Source: Gammaproteobacteria bacterium (GTDB lineage Bacteria; Pseudomonadota; Gammaproteobacteria; SZUA-229). Taken from it: 64,000 nt of DNA. Positions 9,902-20,456 of the stretch are shown piece after piece. The first letter of the stretch is position 1. The number at the start of each line of letters is the position of its first letter. Position numbers and translations under genes: made by a program. The stretch is taken from assembly GCA_026195255.1 (NCBI GenBank), contig JAPHSS010000020.1, positions 50,887-114,886 of the forward strand, in the 5' to 3' direction. The notes beneath the pieces were generated by a model that was not told the DNA's origin, searched no databases, and saw only the letters and a program-made list of their open reading frames with translations.

Positions 9902-10672
9902 TTATTTATAAATACATGACAGTGATTTTATCAGCTGTTCAATAAATTCATCTGTATGTGATAAAAAGGCGGCATGCCCTGCATTATTAAATACCATGAC
10001 ATTATCCAGCTCTTCAGCTAACTGTTTTTTCACCAGCCCATCCTGTCCGCCGAGTATCCAGTTAACAGGCAACTTTATTTTTTTTAACTGACTACGTAAA
10101 TCAACCTGTTTTAATATTTCCAGACCCGCATCAAGATTAACCTCATGAGGTCTGGATTGCTGTAATATTTTTTCCCTTAAACCACGTAAAACAAGTCTGC
10201 CTGACTCTGAACCTTTAACCTGCAAAGAAAGAAAGCGCCGAATTGTACCTGAAAAATCCTTTTTTAGTGACTGTGAAAACTGCTCAAAAATACCCGCATC
10301 AATTCCATACTTCCAGTTCGCTTTGTCAACAAAACAGGGGTTGCTACTAACCAGCATTAAGCCATTGATTTCCTGTGGGTGATCCATCGCCAACTGTATA
10401 CACGGTAAACCACCTAATGACCAGCCGATTAAATATAACGGCTGGCCATGGGGGTATTGTGCTTTTGTGTGCCGGCATTGCTCCAGCAAATCCTCAGTCA
10501 GATTTTGCAAATTTGATAAAGACTCATTAACTCTTTGCCCATGCCCGGGCAAATCAATAAGCTGTGCATCAATCCACTCAGGTAATTTATCCACCACGGG
10601 TTCCCAAACACTACTATTCATTGCCCACCCATGAACAAACAGGCAGGTCACTTTAGAATCAGGCCTTTGCAT
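9902..10672 (-). CDS. bioH: Pimeloyl-ACP methyl ester esterase BioH
   Basis: Alpha/beta hydrolase with HGWAMNSSVW, the nucleophile elbow GWSLGG, and LEILKQVDLR matching the BioH pattern. Confidence 0.8.
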   Translation of the reverse strand: MQRPDSKVTCLFVHGWAMNSSVWEPVVDKLPEWIDAQLIDLPGHGQRVNESLSNLQNLTEDLLEQCRHTKAQYPHGQPLYLIGWSLGGLPCIQLAMDHPQEINGLMLVSSNPCFVDKANWKYGIDAGIFEQFSQSLKKDFSGTIRRFLSLQVKGSESGRLVLRGLREKILQQSRPHEVNLDAGLEILKQVDLRSQLKKIKLPVNWILGGQDGLVKKQLAEELDNVMVFNNAGHAAFLSHTDEFIEQLIKSLSCIYK

Positions 10673-10742
10673 AGCATTTCACCGATGTTTCATTTCGTGC
10701 TAAATTGCGCGCTGTATTCATTATTACCTACTGGACTGCTTT

Positions 10743-11360
10743 GTGGATCTATTACAACAACCCATTATACTTATATTTGGCTTTGCGCTGTTCGGCTATT
10801 TACTCGGCTCAGTATCCACTGCCATTGTAACTTGTAAAATAATGGGATTGTCCGATCCTAGAACGGTTGGTTCAAACAACCCCGGCGCTACCAACGTACT
10901 GCGAGAAGGCGGCAAAAAAGCCGCCATCATCACACTTCTTGGGGATATGTTAAAAGGCCTGATTCCCGTTTCGATAGCCGTTGCGCTGGATATGCAGGAT
11001 GAAGTTATTGCTGCAACCGCTGTAGCGGCATTTTTAGGACACCTATATCCTCTTTATTATGGATTTAAAGGTGGTAAAGGCGTAGCAACAATACTAGGTA
11101 CATTACTTGGTATTCACTGGATGTTAGGGCTAGGCACTATCGGTATCTGGTTATTTATGGCGCTATCCTTACGTTATTCTTCACTATCGGCTCTGGTTGC
11201 CGCCGCAGGTTCACCTGTTTTAGCCTGGTTTATTATGCAGTCTACGGTTATAACGGTTTGCGTGGCTTTTATGGCAGCAATGTTGATCTGGCGGCATAAA
11301 AGTAATATCAAAAAGTTACTCGCGGGCGAAGAAGATAAAATCGGCGCAAAGAAAAAATAA
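10743..11360 (+). CDS. plsY: Glycerol-3-phosphate acyltransferase PlsY
   Basis: GSNNPGATNVLR motif and multiple TM helices over about 200 aa. Confidence 0.85.
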   Translation: MDLLQQPIILIFGFALFGYLLGSVSTAIVTCKIMGLSDPRTVGSNNPGATNVLREGGKKAAIITLLGDMLKGLIPVSIAVALDMQDEVIAATAVAAFLGHLYPLYYGFKGGKGVATILGTLLGIHWMLGLGTIGIWLFMALSLRYSSLSALVAAAGSPVLAWFIMQSTVITVCVAFMAAMLIWRHKSNIKKLLAGEEDKIGAKKK

Positions 11361-11383
11361 ACAGCTTGCCCTGCCCTGCCCTG

Positions 11384-11566
11384 GCACATCTCCATCGGGG
11401 AAAGGTCTCGTTTTTTGAGCCCTGTCCCCTAAACCCATACCACCAGAAGCTGACAGTGTAGGGTGTCGACTCCGTAAAACTCTTAGTGGTATGGGTTTAG
11501 GGGACAGAGCGCCAAACAGCGGCGGTCTTTCCCCGATGGAGATGTGCCTGAGCAGTGCAATGAATA
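11384..11566. repeat. Roughly 180-bp structured palindromic intergenic repeat, copy 1 (nested inverted repeats, MITE/REP-like)
   Basis: The outer 22-bp perfect inverted repeat GGCACATCTCCATCGGGGAAAG / CTTTCCCCGATGGAGATGTGCC encloses an inner 21-bp inverted repeat CCTGTCCCCTAAACCCATACC / GGTATGGGTTTAGGGGACAG. A second copy lies at 30100-30280. Confidence 0.8.
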
Positions 11567-11573
11567 GCTCCAC

Positions 11574-12611
11574 TCAATTAATCGCTGCCAACTCACTCAT
11601 CGGCCATCTTGCTCTCACATTAACGGCCAACGGCTCCACTTCTCCTGCCTGAAGTCGCAAAGCGCCTGCATAGGCAATCATCGCACCATTGTCAGTGCAA
11701 AATTCAATTCGCGGATAAAACAGCTCTCCACCTTCTTTTTCCATCATTGCCCGTAATGATGCCCGTAATCGCAGGTTAGCTCCAACCCCGCCAGCTATCA
11801 CCAGTGTTTTGGCGCCTACCTGCTGAATAGCTCTACGACACTTAATCATTAACGTATCAACTACAGCCTCTTCAAAAGCCCGACAAATATTGGCCTGTGT
11901 CTGCTCATTGTCATTACCCAGCTCAACTTCTTTTTGCCATGTATTCAGGCTGAAGGTTTTCAAACCACTAAAACTAAAGTCCAGGCCCGGTCGATCACAC
12001 ATTGGACGTGGAAACTTATAAATGCCCGTCTCGCCCTGCTCAGCTAATTTAGCCAGAACTGGCCCGCCGGGATAACCCAGCCCCAACATTTTTGCAGTTT
12101 TATCAAAAGCCTCTCCCGCGGCATCATCCAGACTCTCACCTAACAGTTCATATTGACCAACGCCTTTAACTTCCGCCAGCAATGTATGCCCTCCAGAAAC
12201 CAGCAGGGCCACAAAAGGAAACGCAGGTGCCTCATTTTCTAACATAGGCGCCAACAAATGCCCTTCCATATGATGCACCGCTACAGCAGGCACTCCTAAC
12301 GCCATTGCCATTGCCCTTCCAGTACAGGCTCCCACCATTAATGCGCCCATCAAACCAGGGCCTGCGGTATATGCAATACCATCCAGTTCTGTTTTTGCTA
12401 TCCCTGCTTTCTGTAAAACCTGCCTGGCTAAAGGCAATAAATATCGCACATGGTCACGCGATGCCAGCTCCGGAACGACACCACCATACTCACCGTGCAA
12501 AGCAATTTGTGAATGTAAAACGTGAGCCAATAGCCCTCGCTCTGTGTCATACACCGCCAATCCTGTTTCATCACAGGAGGATTCAATACCTAAAACGATC
12601 ATTCTTAACAA
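11574..12611 (-). CDS. tsaD: tRNA N6-adenosine threonylcarbamoyltransferase TsaD
   Basis: [23 protein letters not shown]-terminus with the Kae1/YgjD signature. Divergent from rpsU. Confidence 0.9.
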   Translation of the reverse strand: MLRMIVLGIESSCDETGLAVYDTERGLLAHVLHSQIALHGEYGGVVPELASRDHVRYLLPLARQVLQKAGIAKTELDGIAYTAGPGLMGALMVGACTGRAMAMALGVPAVAVHHMEGHLLAPMLENEAPAFPFVALLVSGGHTLLAEVKGVGQYELLGESLDDAAGEAFDKTAKMLGLGYPGGPVLAKLAEQGETGIYKFPRPMCDRPGLDFSFSGLKTFSLNTWQKEVELGNDNEQTQANICRAFEEAVVDTLMIKCRRAIQQVGAKTLVIAGGVGANLRLRASLRAMMEKEGGELFYPRIEFCTDNGAMIAYAGALRLQAGEVEPLAVNVRARWPMSELAAIN

Positions 12612-12748
12612 TATCCTGCATTTTATTCATATTTAATTTGGAAATTATCGCTCAAGGGGCTATAATCCCGCGGTTCCACGATACCGGATTGGACAAGCAA
12701 TCTGTATCTGTTAATAAATTAAGTTCTATTTTAGAGTGAGAGTTCTGA

Positions 12749-12976
12749 ATGCCACAAGTAAAAGTTAAAGACAACGAGCCGTTTGACGTCGCTCTACGTC
12801 GATTTAAACGTTCATGCGAAAAAGCTGGAATCTTAACCGAGATTCGTCGTCGTGAGTGCTATGAAAAGCCCACTACAGAACGTAAGCGTAAAGCAGCTGC
12901 AGCTGTAAAACGTAACCTGAAGAAATTATCGAAAGAGCGCGAGCGTTTAACTCGTAACCCTCATCGTCGTCGCTAA
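12749..12976 (+). CDS. rpsU: 30S ribosomal protein S21
   Basis: [48 protein letters not shown] is near-identical to the bacterial S21 consensus. Confidence 0.9.
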   Translation: MPQVKVKDNEPFDVALRRFKRSCEKAGILTEIRRRECYEKPTTERKRKAAAAVKRNLKKLSKERERLTRNPHRRR

Positions 12977-12987
12977 AAAGCTTCGTA

Positions 12988-13440
12988 ATGAGTGACAGTC
13001 TCAAGCAAACTCTGACAGCAGACATGAAAGCCTCCATGAAAGGTGGCGATAAAAAACGTCTGGGTGTCATTCGTCTAGTACTCGCCGCTATCAAACAGAT
13101 AGAAGTTGATGAGCGAATTGAGCTTGATGACGATCGCGTACTTGCTGTGCTCGACAAAATGGTTAAGCAGCGTCGTGAATCCATTAGCCAGTATAAAGAC
13201 GCTGGCAGAGATGATTTGCGGGAACAGGAAGAATACGAAGTTTCAATTTTACAGGACTTTCTGCCTGAAGCACTAAGCGATGAAGAAATAAGCCAGATGA
13301 TCGCCAAAGCCATTGGTGATACCGGTGCCGAGTCAATAAAAGACATGGGCAAGGTAATGGGCATTCTTAAACCCCAGATGCAAGGCCGTGCCGATATGGG
13401 CGCGGTGAGCGGAAAAATAAAAGCTCAATTAAACGCCTAA
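12988..13440 (+). CDS. yqeY: GatB/YqeY-domain protein
   Basis: A 150-aa protein immediately after rpsU, the conserved position, with a GatB_Yqey-like sequence. Confidence 0.75.
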   Translation: MSDSLKQTLTADMKASMKGGDKKRLGVIRLVLAAIKQIEVDERIELDDDRVLAVLDKMVKQRRESISQYKDAGRDDLREQEEYEVSILQDFLPEALSDEEISQMIAKAIGDTGAESIKDMGKVMGILKPQMQGRADMGAVSGKIKAQLNA

Positions 13441-13567
13441 CTTATTCTAAAGTTACATGCATTTATCCTGTCATCCCTGAATGCCTTTGTTGGGGATCCA
13501 GTGTCTATAAGGTCGCTAGATTTCCGACATACGCCATTCGGAAATGACAAAAACAGAAGACTTGAAC

Positions 13568-14635
13568 ATGACAGAACTAAAAAACGATCGTTTTCTTCGC
13601 GCCCTACTAAAACAACCAGTAGACAAAACACCTGTCTGGATAATGCGTCAGGCAGGCAGATACTTACCTGAATATCGCGCAACCCGTGAACAGGCGGGCG
13701 ACTTTATGAGCCTGTGCATGAATCCAGATCTGGCTTGTGAAGTAACCATGCAGCCTTTAAGGCGCTTCGATCTTGATGCGGCTATCTTATTTTCAGATAT
13801 TCTAACCATTCCTGATGCGATGGGCCTGGGTTTATACTTTGAAACCGGTGAAGGCCCCAAGTTTTCGAACCCAATTCGCTCTGCGGCCGACGTTAAAAAT
13901 TTACCCATTCCTGACCCGGAAGGCGAACTTAAATATGTTATGGATGCAGTTCGCACCATACGTCGAGAATTAAACGGCGACGTACCTTTAATTGGTTTTT
14001 CTGGAAGCCCATGGACGCTGGCGACTTATATGATAGAGGGTGGCAGCAGCAAAACCTTTAGCAAATCCAAAACCATGTTATTTGATGACCCTGCTCTGGC
14101 CCACCAACTATTAGGCAAAATTGCAGAGTCAGTAACCAGTTACCTGAATGCACAAATTGCGGCGGGTGCACAGGCCGTGATGATTTTTGATACCTGGGGC
14201 GGCAACCTGAACCCTGAAATGTATCGTTTATTTTCATTAGATTACATGCAAAAAATTGTATCAAACCTGACCCGCGAAGCAGACGGCAGAGAAGTACCCA
14301 TTATTTTATATACCAAGGGCGGCGGCCAATGGTTAAACATCATGGCCGATACTGGATGTAACGCCCTGGGCATAGACTGGAGCACCAGTATTGCTGATGC
14401 AAAAGCTGCCGTCGGTGATCGTGTTGCCATACAGGGCAATATGGACCCTACTACTTTATATGCATCCCCTGAAATTATTCGCGAAGAAGCTGGAAAAATC
14501 CTTAAAGATTTTGGCACCGGCGAAGGCCATGTGTTTAATTTAGGTCACGGCATAACACCTGACATCAATCCAGAGCACGTTAAAGTTCTGGTCGACTCAG
14601 TTCATGAATTAAGTGAGCAGTATCATAAAACATAG
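13568..14635 (+). CDS. hemE: Uroporphyrinogen decarboxylase HemE
   Basis: [35 protein letters not shown] is the HemE signature. The ORF track opens at 13544, but the ATG at 13568 fits the family N-terminus. Confidence 0.9.
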   Translation: MTELKNDRFLRALLKQPVDKTPVWIMRQAGRYLPEYRATREQAGDFMSLCMNPDLACEVTMQPLRRFDLDAAILFSDILTIPDAMGLGLYFETGEGPKFSNPIRSAADVKNLPIPDPEGELKYVMDAVRTIRRELNGDVPLIGFSGSPWTLATYMIEGGSSKTFSKSKTMLFDDPALAHQLLGKIAESVTSYLNAQIAAGAQAVMIFDTWGGNLNPEMYRLFSLDYMQKIVSNLTREADGREVPIILYTKGGGQWLNIMADTGCNALGIDWSTSIADAKAAVGDRVAIQGNMDPTTLYASPEIIREEAGKILKDFGTGEGHVFNLGHGITPDINPEHVKVLVDSVHELSEQYHKT

Positions 14636-14747
14636 TCGTAAGTCATAAGTCATAAGTCAAAGCAGGCCCCCTAAGGTGAGCCTGCTTTTTTTTGTCTTTG
14701 ACTTTGTTTTTTGACTTACGACTTATGACTTACGACTTATTTTTTAG
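14636..14747. terminator. Rho-independent terminator (GCAGGCCCCCTAAGGTGAGCCTGC followed by T8) embedded in a roughly 110-bp palindrome built from TAAGTCA-type heptamer repeats
   Basis: Left arm GTCGTAAGTCATAAGTCATAAGTCAAAG; right arm CTTTGACTT..TTGACTTACGACTTATGACTTACGAC; central GC hairpin plus a poly-T run. Confidence 0.7.
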
Positions 14748-14792
14748 TATGATGCTAAAAAATTAAATATATTATTGTTAAGGATTTCAACC

Positions 14793-15626
14793 ATGATAAC
14801 CAAGTGTCTCTACCCGGTAGCCGGTTACGGTACCCGCTTTCTACCTGCAACAAAATCCATCCCAAAAGAAATGTTACCCGTAGTAGACAAACCTTTAATT
14901 CATTACGCAGTAGAAGAAGCCTTAAATGCTGGTATGGTTCACAACGCCTTTGTTACCGGTAGAGGCAAACATGCTATTGCCGATCACTTTGATATCAGTT
15001 ATGAAGTAGAAAATGAAATATCCGGCACCGGCAAAGAAGAAAAATTAACTGATATTCGTAATCTGTTAGACAACTGCACATTTACCTATACACCTCAAAA
15101 AGAAATGAAAGGTCTTGGTCACGCTGTTCTTGCGGGTAAAAATATGATTGGCGAACAGGCGTTCGGGGTAATCCTCGCAGACGATTTATGCATAACCGAG
15201 CCAGGCGAAGACAGTGTTATGAAACAGATGGTTGCTTTATACAATCAGTTCCGTTGCTCTATTATTGCTATTGAAGAAGTACCAAAAGAAAATATCAGTA
15301 GTTATGGTGTCATCGATGGAGAAATGATTAGCGATAACATCTTTCGTGTAAATGACATGGTTGAAAAGCCAGCTGCTGATAAAGCCCCTAGCAACCTGGC
15401 CGTTATCGGCCGTTATATCTTAACACCGGATATTTTTGATCTATTAAGTAATACAAAACCCGGTGCTGGTGGTGAAATTCAGTTAACCGATGCCATTAAA
15501 GAACAGGCTAAAAACGGCTGCGTTATGGCATACAAATTTAAAGGCCGCCGTTTTGACTGTGGTAGCGTAGAAGGCTTTGTTGAAGCCACCAATTACTGCT
15601 ACGAAAATATATTTAAAAAAAGATGA
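14793..15626 (+). CDS. galU: UTP--glucose-1-phosphate uridylyltransferase GalU
   Basis: PVAGYGTRFLPATKSIPKEMLPVVDKPLI is the GalU N-terminal signature. Start chosen at the ATG at 14793. Confidence 0.85.
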   Translation: MITKCLYPVAGYGTRFLPATKSIPKEMLPVVDKPLIHYAVEEALNAGMVHNAFVTGRGKHAIADHFDISYEVENEISGTGKEEKLTDIRNLLDNCTFTYTPQKEMKGLGHAVLAGKNMIGEQAFGVILADDLCITEPGEDSVMKQMVALYNQFRCSIIAIEEVPKENISSYGVIDGEMISDNIFRVNDMVEKPAADKAPSNLAVIGRYILTPDIFDLLSNTKPGAGGEIQLTDAIKEQAKNGCVMAYKFKGRRFDCGSVEGFVEATNYCYENIFKKR

Positions 15627-15644
15627 GTTAACCAGGCTGCTAAC

Positions 15645-15679
15645 CACTGATAAGGCCTAACTTATCAGTGCGTTTTTTG
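15645..15679 (+). terminator. Rho-independent terminator after galU
   Basis: CACTGATAAG-GCCTAA-CTTATCAGTG hairpin followed by a T6 run. Confidence 0.7.
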
Positions 15680-15867
15680 TGGCTTTTACTCACACTTAAT
15701 CCATTATCATAACCGCTCTACAATTTCTTTGTTTTAGCACTATTTTCCTGTAAAATACCCGACCCCTTGTCCGCGACTCACTCTAGTAACAGTTCCACCC
15801 TGAGTCAAATCCGGACGGCGAAATTCATAAAATACTTGAATAAAATCAAGCATTTAAGAGGCAAGCG

Positions 15868-18800
15868 ATGAGTAACAACGAGATCTTTAACCAATACACC
15901 CGACCAAACAAGCATGGCTTATATGACCCTGCCAATGAAACGGAAAACTGTGGTGTAGGTTTTGTGGCGCATATTAAAGGCCAGGCCAGTCATCAGATCA
16001 TTTTAGATGCTGACCAAATGGCGCGCCGCATGAAACATCGCGGTGCTTGTGGCTGTGAAACCAATACCGGTGACGGTGCGGGCATAATGACAGGTCTGCC
16101 TTATGCTTTTTTAACTCGTGTAGCGAAAGAAAGTTTCGATATCGAACTACCCAAAAAAGGCCAATACGCAGCAGGCAATGTCTTTTTACCCGTGGATGAT
16201 AAAGAACGCGCTCAATGTAAAAAACTGGTTAACGAGTTAATTGAAGCGTCTGGTCAGAAACTGATTGGCTGGCGTGAACTGCCGATTGACCCAATCAAAG
16301 CGGACATAGGCTCTACTGCCCGTCAGGCCATGCCCCACATGGAGCAATTATTTGTTGCCGCCGCTGATGGCGTAACAAACGATGATTTCGAGCGTAAGTT
16401 ATACATCTTACGTAAAGATGCAACTCACACTATTCGTGCTAATCAGAACATCAAACAAGCAGATTTATTCTACTTTTGCTCACTTTCTACCAAAGTTATT
16501 GTATACAAAGGCATGCTGAACCCAAATCAGGTAATGCCATTTTACACCGACCTGAACGCTGAAGATTTCACCTCACATCTGGCAATGGTACATTCACGTT
16601 TTTCTACCAATACTTTCCCTTCATGGGATCGCGCTCAGCCTAAGCGTTTTATGAGTCACAATGGTGAGATCAATACTCGTCTCGGCAATGCGAGCTGGAT
16701 GGCTGCCCGTGAAGGTACCGCAAAAAGTGAATTGTTCGGTGATGATATCAAACGCATATTACCGGTAATTGAACCAGAAGTTTCTGACTCGGGTAGTTTT
16801 GATAACGTTTTAGAGTTTCTGTTAATGGGTGGCCGTAGCCTGCAGGAAGCTGTAATGATGATGGTACCTGAAGCATGGCAAAACGACAGCAGCATGTCGG
16901 AAGAAAAGCGTGCATTCTATGAATATCAATCTGCTTTAATGGAACCATGGGATGGCCCGGCATCTATCGTATTTACCGATGGCCGTTATATTGGTGCAAC
17001 CCTGGATAGAAATGGTTTACGCCCAAGCCGTTATTACCTGACTCACGATGACCGCGTCATTATGGCATCAGAAGTAGGCGTAATACCCGTTGATTCAGAC
17101 AACGTTAAACTAAAAGGCCGTTTACAACCAGGCAAAATGTTCCTGATTGATTTCGACCAGGGTCGTATGATTCCTGATGAAGAGCTCAAGCATGAGTTTG
17201 CATCCAAGCAACCATACCACCAGTGGTTATCAAACCAGCGAATTTCTTTATCTCAGTTAGAGCCGAAGCAGGAGCCACACGGCTTTAGTCAGGACGATTT
17301 ACTACCACGAATGCGCGCATTTGGTTACACCTCTGAAACTATGCAGTTCATGTTATTGCCATTAGTTAAAGAAGGTCGTGATCCGGTTGGTTCAATGGGC
17401 AACGATGCGGCACTGGCCTGCATGTCAGATAAGTCTCGAATGATTTATGACTACTTCAAACAGTTATTTGCCCAGGTAACTAACCCTGCAATTGACTCGA
17501 TTCGTGAAGAAGTCGTTATGTCTTTACAGTGCTACATCGGCCCTGAAAAGAACCTGCTGGAATCTAGCGAAGAGCACGCGCATCGCTTATTAATTCCACA
17601 TCCAATTATCACCAATGAAGAACTGGCCGCATTAAAACATATGAATTTTCGCGGCTGGACTACGCAAACCATTGATATGACTTATGATAAGTCTGAAGGA
17701 GAAGCGGGGCTTGCAAACACACTTAACCGTATTTGTGATGAAGCCACACAAGCGATTGAAGACGGACATAGTTTAGTTATTCTATCTGACCGTAATATCA
17801 GCAAAGATCGCATACCCGTTAGTGCTCTTTTAGTAACTGGTTCAGTTCATCAACATCTGGTTAAAAAACATCTACGTACTCGCATTGGTTTAGTTCTAGA
17901 GTCCGGTGAAGCACGTGAAGTTCATCATCACTGCTTATTAACCGGTTATGGTATTGATGCGATTAACCCATACCTGGCTTTCGAAGCATTATGGGATGCA
18001 CAACGTAAAGGTCTGTTAGATCAGAATATTTACGACACTGACGAAAAAATTGTTGAAAGCTACCGTAAGTCGGTTGGCAAAGGCATGTTTAAAGTGTTTG
18101 CGAAAATGGGTATCTCTACTCTGCAATCTTACAAGGCTGCACAAATTTTCGAAGCGGTTGGTTTAGCAGAGGATGTTATAACACGTTGCTTTGAAGGCAC
18201 TGCAAGTCGTATCCAGGGTGTTAACTTAAATGTACTTGCTGAAGAAGCAATGCGTCGTCACGCATTAGGTTATGACGCGCGTGAGTCTAAAGTAACAGTA
18301 CTGCCAAACCAGGGTGATATGCACTGGCGCGCCAATGGCGACAAACATATGTGGAACCCACAAAGCATCGCATCATTACAGCAAGCAGCACGCAGTGGTG
18401 ACAAGAGCGCATTCGATCGTTTTGTTAAACTCGCAAACGAAGATACTAAAAAATGCACGCTTCGCGGCATGTTAAATTTTAAAACCGATGTAAACCCGGC
18501 GATTGATATTAGTGAAGTTGAAGAAGCCAAAGACATTGTAAAACGCTTTGCAACTGGCGCTATGAGTTTTGGCTCTATTTCACCTGAGTCACATGAATCT
18601 TTAGCCATTGCAATGAATCGCATGGGCGGAAAATCAAACACAGGTGAAGGCGGTGAGGATGATGCTCGTTGGACACCAGAGCCAAACGGTGACTCACGTC
18701 GCTCGGCAATAAAGCAGGTTGCATCAGGTCGTTTTGGTGTAACAATTAATTACCTGACCAACGCTGACGAATTACAAATTAAAGTATCACAGGGTGCAAA

Positions 18801-20430
18801 ACCTGGTGAAGGCGGAGAGTTGCCGGGCACAAAGGTCGATGACCTGATTGCTCGGTTACGTCATTCAACACCAGGTGTCGGTTTAATCAGCCCACCACCT
18901 CATCACGATATTTATTCTATCGAAGATTTAGCACAGCTAATTCACGATTTGAAAAACGCCAATCGTACTGCTCGCATTTCGGTTAAGTTAGTGGCAGAAA
19001 ATGGAGTTGGAACAATTGCATCCGGGGTAACTAAAGCACATGCAGATCACATTGTTATCGCAGGTCATGATGGTGGCACCGGCGCCTCACCCATCACATC
19101 AATCAAACACGCAGGACTACCATGGGAACTAGGTGTAGCTGAAACGCACCAAACCCTGGTTATGAATGATCTACGGTCACGCGTTGTTATTCAAACCGAC
19201 GGTCAGATGAAAACCGGTCGTGATGTTGCCATGGCCGCATTACTGGGCGCCGAAGAATATGGTTTTGCAACTGCGCCATTAATTACCATGGGTTGCATTA
19301 TGATGCGTAAGTGTCATTTAAATACCTGCCCTGTTGGTATTGCGACTCAAGATAAAGAATTGCGTAAGAAATTTAAAGGCAAACCAGAACATGTTGTGAA
19401 TTATCTGTTTATGGTGGCTGAAGACTTACGAAAAATCATGGCCCAATTAGGTTTCCGCACTATCAATGAAATGATTGGTCGTGTTGATTGTTTAGAGCAG
19501 GTTACTGATTCTGAGCACTGGAAACAAACGGGCATTGATTTAAGCATGTTATTAACACCGGCGGAAAAACCACATGCGAATGTTGAAGTCCACCAGACCA
19601 TTAAACAGGATCACGGTTTAGATAAAGCATTAGATAACCAGTTAATCGAACTATCTAAAGACGCTTTAGGCAACGGCACAATCGTTAACATCGACTTACC
19701 GATTATTAATACAAATCGTGTTATAGGAACCATGTTATCGAATGAAGTCGCCAAGAAATATGGTTCAGCCTTATTACCTGACGGCACCATCAATATTAAA
19801 TTGAGCGGTTCTGCGGGCCAGTCATTAGGTGCATTTCTGGCCAGCGGCATCACCATTGAAGTTGAAGGTGATGCTAATGATTATGTAGGCAAAGGCTTAA
19901 GTGGCGGTCGGGTGATTGTGACACCAGCTAAAAATGCAACTTTTGTGGCAGAAGAAAATATTATTGTAGGCAATGTATGTTTGTACGGTGCAACATCTGG
20001 TGAGGCCTATTTCCGCGGTATCGCAGCTGAACGTTTCTGCGTCAGAAACTCTGGTGCAACCGCTGTTGTTGAAGGCATTGGCGACCACGGTTGTGAATAT
20101 ATGACGGGTGGTCGAATTGCAGTCCTCGGCACTATAGGGCGTAACTTTGCTGCAGGCATGAGTGGTGGCATCGCTTATATCTGGGATCATGCAGGCGACC
20201 TGTCAACCAAGTGTAATATGGGCATGGTTGAACTAGAAACTGTTTCTGCAGCTGAAGATATAAACGAACTTAAAACAATGATTGAAAACCATCTTAAATA
20301 TACTGGTTCTGCAGTAGCAGAACGATTATTAAAAGATTGGGACGGAGCGTTAAGTCAGTTTGTTAAAGTAATGCCAACAGATTACAAACGCGTACTTGAA
20401 GAACAGAAAAAGAAAGCGAATGCAGCTTAA
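15868..20430 (+). CDS. gltB: Glutamate synthase (NADPH) large subunit GltB
   Basis: A 1520-aa protein. The N-terminal amidotransferase domain starts with the Cys in CGVGFVAHIKG, followed by the FMN-binding domain and the C-terminal GXGXG domain. Confidence 0.95.
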   Translation: MSNNEIFNQYTRPNKHGLYDPANETENCGVGFVAHIKGQASHQIILDADQMARRMKHRGACGCETNTGDGAGIMTGLPYAFLTRVAKESFDIELPKKGQYAAGNVFLPVDDKERAQCKKLVNELIEASGQKLIGWRELPIDPIKADIGSTARQAMPHMEQLFVAAADGVTNDDFERKLYILRKDATHTIRANQNIKQADLFYFCSLSTKVIVYKGMLNPNQVMPFYTDLNAEDFTSHLAMVHSRFSTNTFPSWDRAQPKRFMSHNGEINTRLGNASWMAAREGTAKSELFGDDIKRILPVIEPEVSDSGSFDNVLEFLLMGGRSLQEAVMMMVPEAWQNDSSMSEEKRAFYEYQSALMEPWDGPASIVFTDGRYIGATLDRNGLRPSRYYLTHDDRVIMASEVGVIPVDSDNVKLKGRLQPGKMFLIDFDQGRMIPDEELKHEFASKQPYHQWLSNQRISLSQLEPKQEPHGFSQDDLLPRMRAFGYTSETMQFMLLPLVKEGRDPVGSMGNDAALACMSDKSRMIYDYFKQLFAQVTNPAIDSIREEVVMSLQCYIGPEKNLLESSEEHAHRLLIPHPIITNEELAALKHMNFRGWTTQTIDMTYDKSEGEAGLANTLNRICDEATQAIEDGHSLVILSDRNISKDRIPVSALLVTGSVHQHLVKKHLRTRIGLVLESGEAREVHHHCLLTGYGIDAINPYLAFEALWDAQRKGLLDQNIYDTDEKIVESYRKSVGKGMFKVFAKMGISTLQSYKAAQIFEAVGLAEDVITRCFEGTASRIQGVNLNVLAEEAMRRHALGYDARESKVTVLPNQGDMHWRANGDKHMWNPQSIASLQQAARSGDKSAFDRFVKLANEDTKKCTLRGMLNFKTDVNPAIDISEVEEAKDIVKRFATGAMSFGSISPESHESLAIAMNRMGGKSNTGEGGEDDARWTPEPNGDSRRSAIKQVASGRFGVTINYLTNADELQIKVSQGAKPGEGGELPGTKVDDLIARLRHSTPGVGLISPPPHHDIYSIEDLAQLIHDLKNANRTARISVKLVAENGVGTIASGVTKAHADHIVIAGHDGGTGASPITSIKHAGLPWELGVAETHQTLVMNDLRSRVVIQTDGQMKTGRDVAMAALLGAEEYGFATAPLITMGCIMMRKCHLNTCPVGIATQDKELRKKFKGKPEHVVNYLFMVAEDLRKIMAQLGFRTINEMIGRVDCLEQVTDSEHWKQTGIDLSMLLTPAEKPHANVEVHQTIKQDHGLDKALDNQLIELSKDALGNGTIVNIDLPIINTNRVIGTMLSNEVAKKYGSALLPDGTINIKLSGSAGQSLGAFLASGITIEVEGDANDYVGKGLSGGRVIVTPAKNATFVAEENIIVGNVCLYGATSGEAYFRGIAAERFCVRNSGATAVVEGIGDHGCEYMTGGRIAVLGTIGRNFAAGMSGGIAYIWDHAGDLSTKCNMGMVELETVSAAEDINELKTMIENHLKYTGSAVAERLLKDWDGALSQFVKVMPTDYKRVLEEQKKKANAA

Positions 20431-20456
20431 TTTATTTTTAAAAATAAAAGAGAAAG

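Noticed and set aside
11174-11573. ORF-track ORFs 11174-11395 and 11316-11573 (minus strand), which overlap the end of plsY and the structured repeat
   Set aside because: The second is produced by the palindromic repeat, which reads open in several frames. Neither has homology or an RBS. The region is better explained as a non-coding repeat element.
14636-14747. Whether the TAAGTCA heptamer tandem is a CRISPR array or a microsatellite
   Set aside because: It has only about 3.5 units per arm, no spacers and no cas genes. It is part of a palindrome around a terminator, not a CRISPR array.
16656-16963. Antisense ORFs of 60-120 aa inside gltB. The same applies to 18270-18641, 19401-19856 and 19897-20190.
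   Set aside because: They lie entirely within, and antisense to, a very well-supported 1520-aa GltB reading frame. They show no RBS and no recognisable domains. They are typical spurious shadow ORFs.
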